Assembly: GCA_032100225.1 (NCBI GenBank)
Contig: DAMDJY010000001.1
Location: 1 to 45,950, forward strand
Direction of reading: 5' to 3'
Length of the DNA: 45,950 nt
Source: Mobilicoccus sp.
GTDB taxonomy: Bacteria > Actinomycetota > Actinomycetes > Actinomycetales > Dermatophilaceae
The notes beneath the pieces were generated by a model. That model did no database searches. It was not told where the DNA came from and saw only the letters and a list, made by a program, of their open reading frames with translations. The position numbers and the translations under genes were made by a program. Below are positions 1-8,797 of this stretch, piece by piece. How positions within the stretch are numbered: position 1 is the first letter of the stretch; each line of letters opens with the position of its first letter.

Positions 1-2
1 CC

Positions 3-1130
3 CAGAAGGGCCGCGGGTACCAGCACGCCCTCGACAACGCCGACGACGCCTTCCATGCGGTCGGCGTCATCAACCCCGAGACGGGTCTCCCGCTCGAGAT
101 CGCCGGCCGGAGCTGGACAGCCAACTTCTCCGACACCCTGTGTGAGCTGGGCGAAGAGCGTGACGACCTCGTCGCCGTCACCGCCGCGATGCTCATCCCG
201 GTCGGTCTGCGGGAGTTCGCCGAGGCCTACCCGGACCGCGTCTTCGACGTCGGCATCGCCGAGCAGCACGCCACCACGATGGCGGCCGGGCTCTCGTTCG
301 CCGGTCTGCACCCGGTCGTCGCCATCTACTCGACGTTCCTCAACCGCGCCTTCGACCAGATGCTCATGGACTGTGCGCTGCACCGCCAGGGCGTCACGTT
401 CGTCCTCGACCGTGCGGGTGTCACCGGCAACGACGGTGCCTCCCACAACGGGATGTGGGACTTCGCGCTCACCTCGGTCGTCCCCGGCATCCGTGTGGCC
501 GCACCGCGCGACGGTGAGCAGCTCGCCATCGCGTTGCGCGAAGCCGTCGCGATCGACGACGGGCCCACGGTGTTGCGATTCCCCAAGGGCTCCGAACCTC
601 GCCCGATTCCCGCAGTTGGACGCCGCGGCACCCTCGACGTGGTGGCCTTGCACCCCGCACCGGAGGGTCAGGCCGAACAGGTTCCCGACGCCGACGTCGA
701 GATCGCCGAACCGGCGCAGATCGCCCTCGACGAACCGGTTGACGTGCTGCTCGTCGGCGTGGGTGCCATGGTGCAGCCGGCCGTGGATGCCGCGTCCGTC
801 ATCGCCGAGTCCGGAGCCCGCGTCCAGGTCGTCGACCCCCGCTGGGTGCTGCCGATCAGCGACGACCTCGTCACCGCGGCCCGCTCCGCCGGCTACGTCG
901 CCGTCATCGAGGACCACGTCGCCGCCAACGGCATCGGCTCGGCACTGTCCGCCGCCCTCGCCGAGACCGGCGAGCCACTGCCTGTGCACCGCTTCGGCCT
1001 CAAGAAGGAATTCCTCGACCACGCCAGCCGCAGCCAGATCCTCGCCGACGCCGGCCTCACCGCCCCCGCCATCGCCGACACGATCACCGCAGCCCTGCGA
1101 CCCGAGCTGGTCACCGAACACACCTCCTGA
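3..1130 (+). CDS. dxs: 1-deoxy-D-xylulose-5-phosphate synthase, C-terminal part (5' truncated by window edge)
   Basis: Frame is open from position 3 (QKGRGY...AFHAVG). Contains FDVGIAEQHA, YSTFLNRAFDQ, LDRAGVTGNDGASHNG and the C-terminal VDPRW/IEDH motifs of DXS. Confidence 0.95.
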   Translation, partial: QKGRGYQHALDNADDAFHAVGVINPETGLPLEIAGRSWTANFSDTLCELGEERDDLVAVTAAMLIPVGLREFAEAYPDRVFDVGIAEQHATTMAAGLSFAGLHPVVAIYSTFLNRAFDQMLMDCALHRQGVTFVLDRAGVTGNDGASHNGMWDFALTSVVPGIRVAAPRDGEQLAIALREAVAIDDGPTVLRFPKGSEPRPIPAVGRRGTLDVVALHPAPEGQAEQVPDADVEIAEPAQIALDEPVDVLLVGVGAMVQPAVDAASVIAESGARVQVVDPRWVLPISDDLVTAARSAGYVAVIEDHVAANGIGSALSAALAETGEPLPVHRFGLKKEFLDHASRSQILADAGLTAPAIADTITAALRPELVTEHTS

Positions 1131-1133
1131 CAC

Positions 1134-1183
1134 ACGAAACCCGCACCCACCCGTTCACATTCACGGGTTGGTGCGGGTTTCGT
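1134..1183. terminator. Intrinsic terminator-like hairpin after dxs
   Basis: ACGAAACCCGCACC (1134-1147) is the perfect reverse complement of GGTGCGGGTTTCGT (1170-1183), with additional inner pairing; lies directly after the stop codon. Confidence 0.75.
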
Positions 1184-1296
1184 CATGCCAGAGACTGAGG
1201 TCAACTCAGATGTCGGGTCGATGGCGCCACTGACGTTCGATTCACGCTCGGCAGGTGCCGGGCTTCGCCGCGGCCCCTGCCTCACGCTCATCTCGG

Positions 1297-2826
1297 TCAG
1301 ATGTCGCGGAAGGTCTCGACCGTGGCACCCAAGTCGTTCAGACGCCGAGCCAGATCCTCGTACCCGCGGTTGATGACGTACACGTTGCGCAGCACCGAGG
1401 TGCCGGGCGCAGCGAGCATCGCGATGAGGATGACGACACCCGGGCGCAGCGCCGGCGGGCAGATGACCTCCGCCGCACGCCAGCGGGTGGGGCCGTCGAT
1501 GAGCACGCGGTGCGGGTCGAGGAGCTGCACCTTGGCGCCCACCTTGGTGAGCTCGGTCAGGTAGATCGCCCGGTTCTCGTACACCCAGTCGTGGATCATC
1601 GTGCGACCCTCGGCGCAGGCGGCGATGAGCGCGAAGAACGGCAGGTTGTCGATGTTGAGGCCGGGGAACGGCATCGGGTGGATCTTGTCGATCGGCGCCT
1701 TGAGCGGGCCGGGGATCGTCGTCAGATCGACCAGCCGCGTCTCACCGTTCGCGGAGCGGTACTCGTCCGTGAGCTCGAACTGCATGCCCATCTCGGTGAG
1801 CAGCGCCAGCTCGATCTCCATGAACTCGATGGGCACGCGGCAGATCGTGATCGAGGATTCGGTGACGACGGCCGCGGCCAGCAGGCTCATGGCCTCGATC
1901 GGGTCCTCGCTGGGGCAGTACTCCACGTCGACGTCGATGACGCTGCAGCCACGGACCGTCAGCGTCGTGGTGCCGATGCCGTCGATCTCGACGCCGAGCT
2001 TCTGCAGGTAGAAGCACAGGTCCTGCACCATGTAGTTGGGGCTGGCGTTGCGGATGACCGTCTCGCCGTCGTGCCGCGCGGCGGCCATGAGGGCGTTCTC
2101 GGTGACGGTGTCGCCACGCTCGGTGAGCACGATCGCGCGGGTCGGCGCCACATCGGGCTTGACGCTCGCGTGGTACATGCCGGTCGTCGCCTCGACGTTG
2201 AGCCCGAAGGGACGCAGCGCGGTCATGTGGGGCTCGATGGTGCGCGAGCCGAGGTCGCAGCCGCCGGCGTAGGGGAGCTCGAACCCGTCGAACTCGTGCA
2301 GCAGCGGGCCGAAGAACATGATGATCGTGCGGGTGCGGCGCGCGGCATCCTGGTCCATCGAGGCCAGGTCCAGCGTGGCCGGCGGAATGATCTCCAGGTC
2401 GCTGCTGTCAGGCAGCCAGCGCGTACGCACGCCGATGCTGGAGAGCACCTCGAGGATCCGGTTGACCTCTTCGATGCGCGCGATGTTGCGCAGCGTCGTG
2501 CGGCCCTTGTTGAGCAGCGAGGCGCACAGGAGCGCCACCGCGGCGTTCTTGCTGGTCTTGACGTCGATCGAGCCGTGCAGCTTGGTGCCGCCCTCGATGC
2601 GAAGGTTCTGGGGACCGGAGGAGCCCAGCGAGACGAACTCGGAGTCGAGGTTCGAGCCGATGCGGGAGAGCATCTCCAGGCTGAGGTTCTGTTTGCCCTG
2701 CTCGATGCGAACCACAGCGCTCTGGCTGGTGCCCAGCAGGTCGGCGAGTTCGTGCTGCGTCATGCCCCGGTGCTTTCGAGCTTCTCGAATCAGCGTTCCG
2801 ATGCGGGCCAGATAATCCTCGGTCAT
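1297..2826 (-). CDS. murA: UDP-N-acetylglucosamine 1-carboxyvinyltransferase (MurA family) with N-terminal XRE-type helix-turn-helix
   Basis: N-terminus IREARKHRGMTQHELADLLGTSQSAVVRIEQGKQNLS is an HTH_3/XRE pattern. The remainder has MurA motifs SKNA, GGCDLGSR, PFPGLNID, YENR and INRGY. Start at 2826 (leaderless, -10 TACCAT) or 2832. Confidence 0.9.
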   Translation of the reverse strand: MTEDYLARIGTLIREARKHRGMTQHELADLLGTSQSAVVRIEQGKQNLSLEMLSRIGSNLDSEFVSLGSSGPQNLRIEGGTKLHGSIDVKTSKNAAVALLCASLLNKGRTTLRNIARIEEVNRILEVLSSIGVRTRWLPDSSDLEIIPPATLDLASMDQDAARRTRTIIMFFGPLLHEFDGFELPYAGGCDLGSRTIEPHMTALRPFGLNVEATTGMYHASVKPDVAPTRAIVLTERGDTVTENALMAAARHDGETVIRNASPNYMVQDLCFYLQKLGVEIDGIGTTTLTVRGCSVIDVDVEYCPSEDPIEAMSLLAAAVVTESSITICRVPIEFMEIELALLTEMGMQFELTDEYRSANGETRLVDLTTIPGPLKAPIDKIHPMPFPGLNIDNLPFFALIAACAEGRTMIHDWVYENRAIYLTELTKVGAKVQLLDPHRVLIDGPTRWRAAEVICPPALRPGVVILIAMLAAPGTSVLRNVYVINRGYEDLARRLNDLGATVETFRDI

Positions 2827-2833
2827 GGTCATG

Positions 2834-2855
2834 ATGGTAACTCACATATGAGATA
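2834..2855 (-). promoter_or_regulatory. -10 box TACCAT plus an overlapping imperfect 18-bp palindrome (candidate operator)
   Basis: The minus strand reads TATCTCATATGTGAGTTACCATcatgaccATG. Positions 2838-2855 match their own reverse complement at 14 of 18 positions and are AT-rich in a GC-rich background. Confidence 0.55.
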
Positions 2856-2972
2856 GCGGAAAGTTCAGCCTGGGCGTGTCGCAGGTGCCCCTCGCAGAAG
2901 ATTGCGCGGCCGATGTTGGTCGATCGACCCAGTTTTGCATGGATCCTCGGTGATACCGGTTCCCAGCACGGC

Positions 2973-3012
2973 GACGGCGGGTCGCGCGCAGTGGAGGGCG
3001 CGACCCGCCGTC
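2973..3012. terminator. Terminator hairpin downstream of fadB
   Basis: Perfect 15-bp stem GACGGCGGGTCGCGC / GCGCGACCCGCCGTC with a 10-nt loop. Confidence 0.7.
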
Positions 3013-3041
3013 AATGCCTGTGACCTGGCGTGACCTGCATA

Positions 3042-5159
3042 TCAGGCAGGCAGGCTGGCCGCTCCGACAGGGAGGAACCGCTTGCCCGTGACCTTTTCGG
3101 CGATGCCCGAACGGTCCAGCAGCGGCGTGAGCCCGCCGTTCCAGAACGTGAATCCGGCACCGGTGATCATGCCGAGGTCGAGGTCCATCGGAGCCTGGAC
3201 GACACCCTCGTCGAGCATGAGGCGTGCCTCCTCGGCGAGTCCGGAGAGGACCTTCTCACGCACCTGCTCTGCGGTGAGCGGCGTCTTGCCCGCGCCGCTC
3301 TTCTCGTACAGGGCGGCGATCTCGGGGTCGACGATATGCTTGCCGTCCGACTCGATGTAGAAGGCGGGCTTCTTCATCTCGACGATGGTGCGCAGGTTCT
3401 CCGACACGCGGAAGCGCTCGGGGAACGCCTTGGCCAGGGTCTCGTTGTTGTGCAACGCGATGGCCGGTCCGACGAGGCCCATGAGCTGGAACGGGGGCAT
3501 CGGGGAGATGCCCGCGAACCCGGCGTCGGCCACGTCGATCGGCGTGCCCTCGTCGACGATGCCGGCCATGTCGCTCATGAAGCGACCCAGCAGGCGGTTG
3601 ACGATGAAGCTCGGGCTGTCCTTGACCAGGATCGTCGTCTTCTTGAGCTTCTCGCCGGTGGCGAACGCCGTGGCGAGCGTGGCGTCATCGGTCTTGTCAC
3701 CCGAGATGATCTCGAGCAGCGGCATGACGGCGACCGGGTTGAAGAAGTGGAAGCCGACGACCCGCTCGGGGTGGGCCAACTCGGAGGCCATCTCGGTGAT
3801 GGACAGCGACGAGGTGTTGGTCGCGAGCACGCACTCGGGCGAGACGACGGCCTCGACCTCGGCCCAGACCGTCTTCTTGACCGACATCTCCTCGAACACG
3901 GCCTCGATGACGAACTCGGCGTCGGCGAAGCCGTCCTTGCTCGTGGAGCCCGTGATGAGTGCCTTGTAGCGGTTGGCCTTGTCGCCCGAGAGACGGCCCT
4001 TGGCCGCGAGCTTGTCGAGCTCGGCGTGCACGTAGGCGACGCCCTTGTCGACGCGGCTCTGGTCGAGGTCGGTCATGACGACCGGCACCTGGAGGCGACG
4101 CACGAACAGCAACGCGAGCTGGCTGGCCATGAGGCCGGCGCCGACGATGCCGACCTTGGTGACCTTGCGGGCCAGGGACTTGTCGGGAGCACCGGCAGGA
4201 CGCTTGGCGCGACGCTGCACGAGGTCGAAGGCGTAGAGGCCCGAGCGGACCTCCTCACCCATGAGCAGGTCGGCGAGGCCCTCGTTCTCCTGCTCGTACC
4301 CCTCGCTCTTGGAGGTGGTGCGTGCGGCGGAGATGACGTCCAGCGCCCGGTAGGGGGCGGGGGAGTAGCCACCGGTACGAGCGTCGGCGATCGCGCGGCC
4401 CTTGGCCACCGCGGCCTCCCACGTCTTCTCGTCACGGTCGACCTGCGGGCGCTCGACGGTGACAGAACCGTCGATGACACCGGCGGCCCACTGCAGCGAG
4501 CGGACGAGGAAGTCGGCCGGCTCGAAGAGCTGGTCGAACAGCCCGAGCTGTGCAGCCTTGGGGCCGTTGATCATCCGGTTCTGCGAGAGGGCGTTCTCGA
4601 CGATGAGCGTGACGGCCTTCTCGGGTCCGACCAGGTTGGGGGTCAGCCAGCAGCCGCCCCATCCGGGCAGGAGTCCGAGGAAGCACTCGGGGAACGCGAT
4701 CATCGGCACGTCCGTGGAGACCGTGCGGTAGTCGCAGTTGAGCGCGATCTCGAGGCCACCGCCGAGGGCAGCACCGTTGACGAACGCGAAGCTCGGCACG
4801 CCCAGGTCGGCGAAGCGCGCGAACACGTCGTGACCCAGAGCGGCGATGGCGCGGGCCTGCTCGCGCTGGGACACGGCGCTGATGCCGGCTAGGTCGGCGC
4901 CGACGGCGAACACGAACGGCTTGCCCGTGATGCCGACGCCGACGATCTCACCGGCAGCGGCTCGCGCCTTGAGGGTGTCCAGAGCCTCGCCCAGACCGGT
5001 GACGGTCTGCGGGCCGAGGGTCGTGGGCTTGGTGTGGTCCATGCCGTTGTCGAGCGTGATGAGCGCGAAGGTGCCTGCGCCGCCGGGCAGTTCGACGTCG
5101 CGGACCAGGCTCTTGCTGATCACCTCGTCCGGAAAGATAGACGCGAAATCCAGGCTCAT
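3042..5159 (-). CDS. fadB: Fatty acid oxidation complex alpha subunit (enoyl-CoA hydratase / 3-hydroxyacyl-CoA dehydrogenase)
   Basis: Crotonase motifs (GADL, GGGLEIAL, PEC..GLLPGWGG) are followed by the NAD-binding VGAGLMA, ATNTSS and GFHFFNP. Start MSLDF overlaps the fadA stop (ATGA). Confidence 0.9.
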   Translation of the reverse strand: MSLDFASIFPDEVISKSLVRDVELPGGAGTFALITLDNGMDHTKPTTLGPQTVTGLGEALDTLKARAAAGEIVGVGITGKPFVFAVGADLAGISAVSQREQARAIAALGHDVFARFADLGVPSFAFVNGAALGGGLEIALNCDYRTVSTDVPMIAFPECFLGLLPGWGGCWLTPNLVGPEKAVTLIVENALSQNRMINGPKAAQLGLFDQLFEPADFLVRSLQWAAGVIDGSVTVERPQVDRDEKTWEAAVAKGRAIADARTGGYSPAPYRALDVISAARTTSKSEGYEQENEGLADLLMGEEVRSGLYAFDLVQRRAKRPAGAPDKSLARKVTKVGIVGAGLMASQLALLFVRRLQVPVVMTDLDQSRVDKGVAYVHAELDKLAAKGRLSGDKANRYKALITGSTSKDGFADAEFVIEAVFEEMSVKKTVWAEVEAVVSPECVLATNTSSLSITEMASELAHPERVVGFHFFNPVAVMPLLEIISGDKTDDATLATAFATGEKLKKTTILVKDSPSFIVNRLLGRFMSDMAGIVDEGTPIDVADAGFAGISPMPPFQLMGLVGPAIALHNNETLAKAFPERFRVSENLRTIVEMKKPAFYIESDGKHIVDPEIAALYEKSGAGKTPLTAEQVREKVLSGLAEEARLMLDEGVVQAPMDLDLGMITGAGFTFWNGGLTPLLDRSGIAEKVTGKRFLPVGAASLPA

Positions 5160-6388
5160 CGGGTGGCCTCCGTATTCGTCGACGCGATGCTGGGGACGTA
5201 GTCGCTGTGGTGGGGGTTCTCCCAGATGACAGCCACGCCCATGCCGATGCCGATGCACATGGCCGTCATGCCGTAGCGCACCGAGGGGTCCTCCTCGAAC
5301 TGGCGGGCCAGGTTGTTGCACAACCGGATACCAGAGCTGGCGAGGGGGTGACCGACCGCGATGGCGCCGCCGTACTTGTTGACCTTGGACGAGTCGTCGG
5401 GGATACCGAAGTGGTCGAGGAAGGACAGCACCTGAACGGCGAAGGCCTCGTTGATCTCGAACAGGCCAATGTCGTCGATGCTCAGGCCGGCCTGGTCCAG
5501 CGCCTTCTCGGCGGCGGGGACGGGACCGTAACCCATGATCTCGGGCTCGCAGCCGACGAACGACCAGTTGACCAGGCGCATCTTGGTGCCCAGGCCCATC
5601 TCGTGCGCCGCCTTCTCTGAGGCGAGGACGCAGGCCGTGGCGCCGTCGTTGAGTCCGGCGCTGTTGCCGGCGGTGACGCGACCGTGGGGGCGGAACGGGG
5701 TCTTGAGAGCACCCAGCGCCTCCAACGTGACGCCTGCACGCGGCGGCTCGTCCTTGGTGGCGAGGCCCCAGCCGAGCTCCGCGGTGCGGATCGCGACGGG
5801 CACGAGGTCGGGCTGGATCTTGCCCGCCTGGTAGGCCGCTTCGGTCTTGTCCTGGCTGCCCTTGGCGTAGGCGTCGCTGCGCTCCTTGGTGAGCTGCGGG
5901 AACCGGTCGTGCAGGTTCTCCGCCGTGTTGCCCATCGAGAGAGCCTCGGGGTCGACCAGCTTCTCGCTGATCAGCCGCGGGTTGGGGTCCATGCCCTCGC
6001 CCATCGGGTGACGCCCCATGTGCTCGACGCCGGCCGCGATGGCCACGTCGATGGCGCCGAAGCCGATCGCGCCTGCCGTGGTGGTGATGGCGGTCATGGC
6101 GCCGGCACACATGCGGTCGATGGAGTATCCCGGCGTCGTCTGCGGGATGCCGGAGAGCAGAACGGCAAGACGCCCGAGGGTCAGGCCCTGGTCGCCGATC
6201 TGCGTGGTGGCCGCGAGAGCGACCTCACCGATGCGCTCCGGCGGAAGCTCGGGGTTGCGGTGAAGAAGTTCGCGGATGCAGGCGACGACGAGATCGTCGG
6301 CCCGGGTCTGGGCGTAGATGCCCTTGTCTCCCGCCTTGCCGAACGGTGTACGCACACCATCGACGAAGACGACCTCTGCTCGTGACAC
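5156..6388 (-). CDS. fadA: Acetyl-CoA C-acyltransferase (thiolase)
   Basis: Motifs RTPFGK, RMCAG (catalytic Cys), NEAFA, GGAIAVGHP and MCIGIGMG. GTG start at 6388 is preceded by RBS AGGAGG. Confidence 0.92.
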   Translation of the reverse strand: MSRAEVVFVDGVRTPFGKAGDKGIYAQTRADDLVVACIRELLHRNPELPPERIGEVALAATTQIGDQGLTLGRLAVLLSGIPQTTPGYSIDRMCAGAMTAITTTAGAIGFGAIDVAIAAGVEHMGRHPMGEGMDPNPRLISEKLVDPEALSMGNTAENLHDRFPQLTKERSDAYAKGSQDKTEAAYQAGKIQPDLVPVAIRTAELGWGLATKDEPPRAGVTLEALGALKTPFRPHGRVTAGNSAGLNDGATACVLASEKAAHEMGLGTKMRLVNWSFVGCEPEIMGYGPVPAAEKALDQAGLSIDDIGLFEINEAFAVQVLSFLDHFGIPDDSSKVNKYGGAIAVGHPLASSGIRLCNNLARQFEEDPSVRYGMTAMCIGIGMGVAVIWENPHHSDYVPSIASTNTEATR

Positions 6389-6445
6389 GGAAGGCCTCCT
6401 ACAGGCTTGGGCATGCTTCATCGCATGCGTGTCATGTCCCGACCT

Positions 6446-6462
6446 ATATTACTGGTCGGTAC
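6446..6462 (-). promoter_or_regulatory. Candidate fadAB -10 (TAATAT) with adjacent TAC-N6-GTA palindrome
   Basis: The plus strand reads ATATTACTGGTCGGTAC, about 60 nt upstream of the fadA start. Confidence 0.35.
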
Positions 6463-6555
6463 GGTCCTTGTCTCTCCCCGATTTCAGTGGGTGACCTCAC
6501 GTTCCGATCGCCCACCGGCGCAGGTGAGCTCGTCGCCCTCTCGCGCAGAGAGGGC

Positions 6556-8127
6556 TTACGCCTCAATCGCCTCACTGAACACCCTGGCCAGCACTGGAGC
6601 CGCGATCTGTGCCTGCCACGGACGAGCACCCAGATCGAGCAGGCTCGCCTCGGCTCCGGCCTCGCTGAGGTCGGTGGGAGGCTCCCAGATGGCGCGACGC
6701 AACGTGTCGGGGGAGAGCAGGTTCTCCAGCGGGATGCGGTGAGCCTCGGCGAAGGTCGAGAGCTCCTCGCGGGCCATCGCCAGGCGTGCCGCGGCCACGG
6801 GGTCGCGGTCGGCCCACGACTTGGGCGGCGGGGGTCCCTGGGAGGGCACAGACGTCGGCGGCAACTGGCTGTCCGGCAGATCCAGGGCCCGGCGCACGGC
6901 CGCAGACCAGATCTCCGGGTTGCGGCGGACGACCTTGTGGCTGGACGCCGAGGCAGCGGCGGCGTCCGTGGTCGGAGCGGCCGTCGACAGAGCGACGAGG
7001 ACAGCATCCGGGGCCACCCGGCCCGGCGACGTATCGCGCTTGCGGGCGAGATCGTCTCGGGCGTACCAGAGTTCACGCACGATCGCGGCCATGCGCGGGG
7101 TGCGCAGGCGACGCAGACCGGACACACGCCGCCACGGGTCGGTGCGCACGGCGTGACCGGTGAACGAGGTCAGCGCCTCGAACTCCTGACGGGCCCACTC
7201 GGCCTTGCCCTGGGACTCAAGATCGGCGGCCATGGCGTCGCGGACCTCGGCCAGACACTCGACGTCCAACGCCGCGTAGCGCAGCCAGTCCTCGGGCAAC
7301 GGGCGGGTGGACCAGTCGACGGCCGAGTGCTCCTTGGCCAGGGAGAACCCGAGGTAGTGCTCGATGACGGCAGCCAGTCCGACCCGCGGCAGGCCCACCA
7401 GTCGGGCTCCGAGTTCGGTGTCGAACAGGGTGGTCGGGTGCAGGCCCACCTCGCGCAGGCACCCCAGGTCCTGGGTGGCCGCGTGCAGGATCCACTCGAC
7501 TCCCTCGACCGCGTCGTTGATGGGCGACAGATCCGGGCACGCGATGGGGTCGATGAGCCAGGTTCCGGCTCCCTCTCGACGCACCTGCACCAGGTAGGCG
7601 CGCTGCCCGTAGCGGTAGCCGGAGGCGCGTTCGGCGTCGATGGCGAACGGGCCCGAACCCGCGCGCAGAGCCGCCGCGGCCTCCATGAGGGTGTGCTCGT
7701 CGACGACGACATCGGGGATTCCGTCTCGGGGTTCGGTGAGAACCTCCACCGGGGTCGTCTCGGTGGAGATGTCCTCACCTGACGCCACAGGGACCTGACC
7801 GGGGGTGTCGTCGGCGTCATCGGCATAGGTCCCGACGTCGTCGGCGTCCTTGCCGGTCAGTGTCGCGCGAGCCTCGCCACTCGCCTGCGCGTCGCCCCGG
7901 TGGCTGCGGCCGTGGCCGTCAGCGTCGTCGTGCTGCGTGCTCTTGTTCCGCGCGCCCTTGTCTCGGGTCTCCTCGTTCCGCGTCTCCTCGCGCCCCGTGT
8001 TCTCGTACTGCGAGTCGGCGATGTCGCGGTCGTCGTCGCGGTGCCTGCGCGGGCGCGGCTGCGGGTGCTCCGGGTACTCCGGGTACTCCGGGGGAGTGAA
8101 GGGGTCGGTCAGGTAAGACATGGACAT
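6556..8127 (-). CDS. rnd: Ribonuclease D (3'-5' exonuclease + HRDC) with long low-complexity N-terminal extension
   Basis: Motifs AIDAERASGYRY, LHAATQDL, FDTELG, DWSTRPL, YAALDVE and the HRDC segment LWYARDDLAR. Start uncertain (8127 or 8121, or further downstream). Confidence 0.88.
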   Translation of the reverse strand: MSMSYLTDPFTPPEYPEYPEHPQPRPRRHRDDDRDIADSQYENTGREETRNEETRDKGARNKSTQHDDADGHGRSHRGDAQASGEARATLTGKDADDVGTYADDADDTPGQVPVASGEDISTETTPVEVLTEPRDGIPDVVVDEHTLMEAAAALRAGSGPFAIDAERASGYRYGQRAYLVQVRREGAGTWLIDPIACPDLSPINDAVEGVEWILHAATQDLGCLREVGLHPTTLFDTELGARLVGLPRVGLAAVIEHYLGFSLAKEHSAVDWSTRPLPEDWLRYAALDVECLAEVRDAMAADLESQGKAEWARQEFEALTSFTGHAVRTDPWRRVSGLRRLRTPRMAAIVRELWYARDDLARKRDTSPGRVAPDAVLVALSTAAPTTDAAAASASSHKVVRRNPEIWSAAVRRALDLPDSQLPPTSVPSQGPPPPKSWADRDPVAAARLAMAREELSTFAEAHRIPLENLLSPDTLRRAIWEPPTDLSEAGAEASLLDLGARPWQAQIAAPVLARVFSEAIEA

Positions 8128-8143
8128 CGATATCGGCGTTCTT

Positions 8144-8725
8144 TCAGCGCAGGCGGTCGTTGAGGGAGGTGACTCCCGCGGGGACCGGGGGCATGCCTGC
8201 GATGGTGCACAGCACGTCGGTCCAGATGGACAAATGGTCGACGAGGTCGTCCCCGTCAGGAGTCCAGGATGCCCTCAGTTCCATCTCGACAGAAGGCTCC
8301 TTGTCGGCGAGCGACCCGAAACTCTCGGAGACGACGCGGGTGACTGTGCCGCCCAGAGCGCGGTAGGCGGCGCCTCCGGTGTGCAGGGCGTCCGTCAACC
8401 ATGACCAGCCGACCTCGCCCAGCAACGGGTCGCCTGCAAGTTCAGGCTCGAGGTAGGCGCGGGAGAGCGTGACCACGCGCCAGGATCCGTCCCAGGCGTC
8501 GGGGGCCGAGTCGTCGTACAGCAGGATGAACCGGCCCGTGGCCAGGGGTTCGTCGTCACCCTCGGGGGTGATCTCGGCAGACAGCGCCACGGAGTGGGGT
8601 GCGATGCGCTGTGGCGCCGGGATCTCCGTCAAACTGATCTCAGGTCGAAGCCGCAGGTCACGCAACCGGGCGACGGCCTCGTCGAACTGCGAGGCGTCGA
8701 GGGTGGTCGCGCGGCGAATGGTCAC
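8144..8725 (-). CDS. DUF3000 family protein
   Basis: Motifs EIPAPQRIAP, ATGRFILLYD, DPLLGEVGWSWL, GGTVTRV.SESFG and ELRASWTP, in the usual position next to rnd and hemE. GTG start lies 7 nt after -10 TACATT. Confidence 0.8.
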   Translation of the reverse strand: MTIRRATTLDASQFDEAVARLRDLRLRPEISLTEIPAPQRIAPHSVALSAEITPEGDDEPLATGRFILLYDDSAPDAWDGSWRVVTLSRAYLEPELAGDPLLGEVGWSWLTDALHTGGAAYRALGGTVTRVVSESFGSLADKEPSVEMELRASWTPDGDDLVDHLSIWTDVLCTIAGMPPVPAGVTSLNDRLR

Positions 8726-8797
8726 ATCGGGCAATGTACGGGCCGCCACCGACAGCCGGTCGCTCCCACGCCGACCTCGTGGGAAGATCGCCGGGTG

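Noticed and set aside
3042..6110. 1022-aa ORF suggesting a giant or fused FadB
   Set aside because: The first ~316 aa are an off-frame read-through of fadA. The real fadB start is the ATG at 5159 overlapping the fadA stop.
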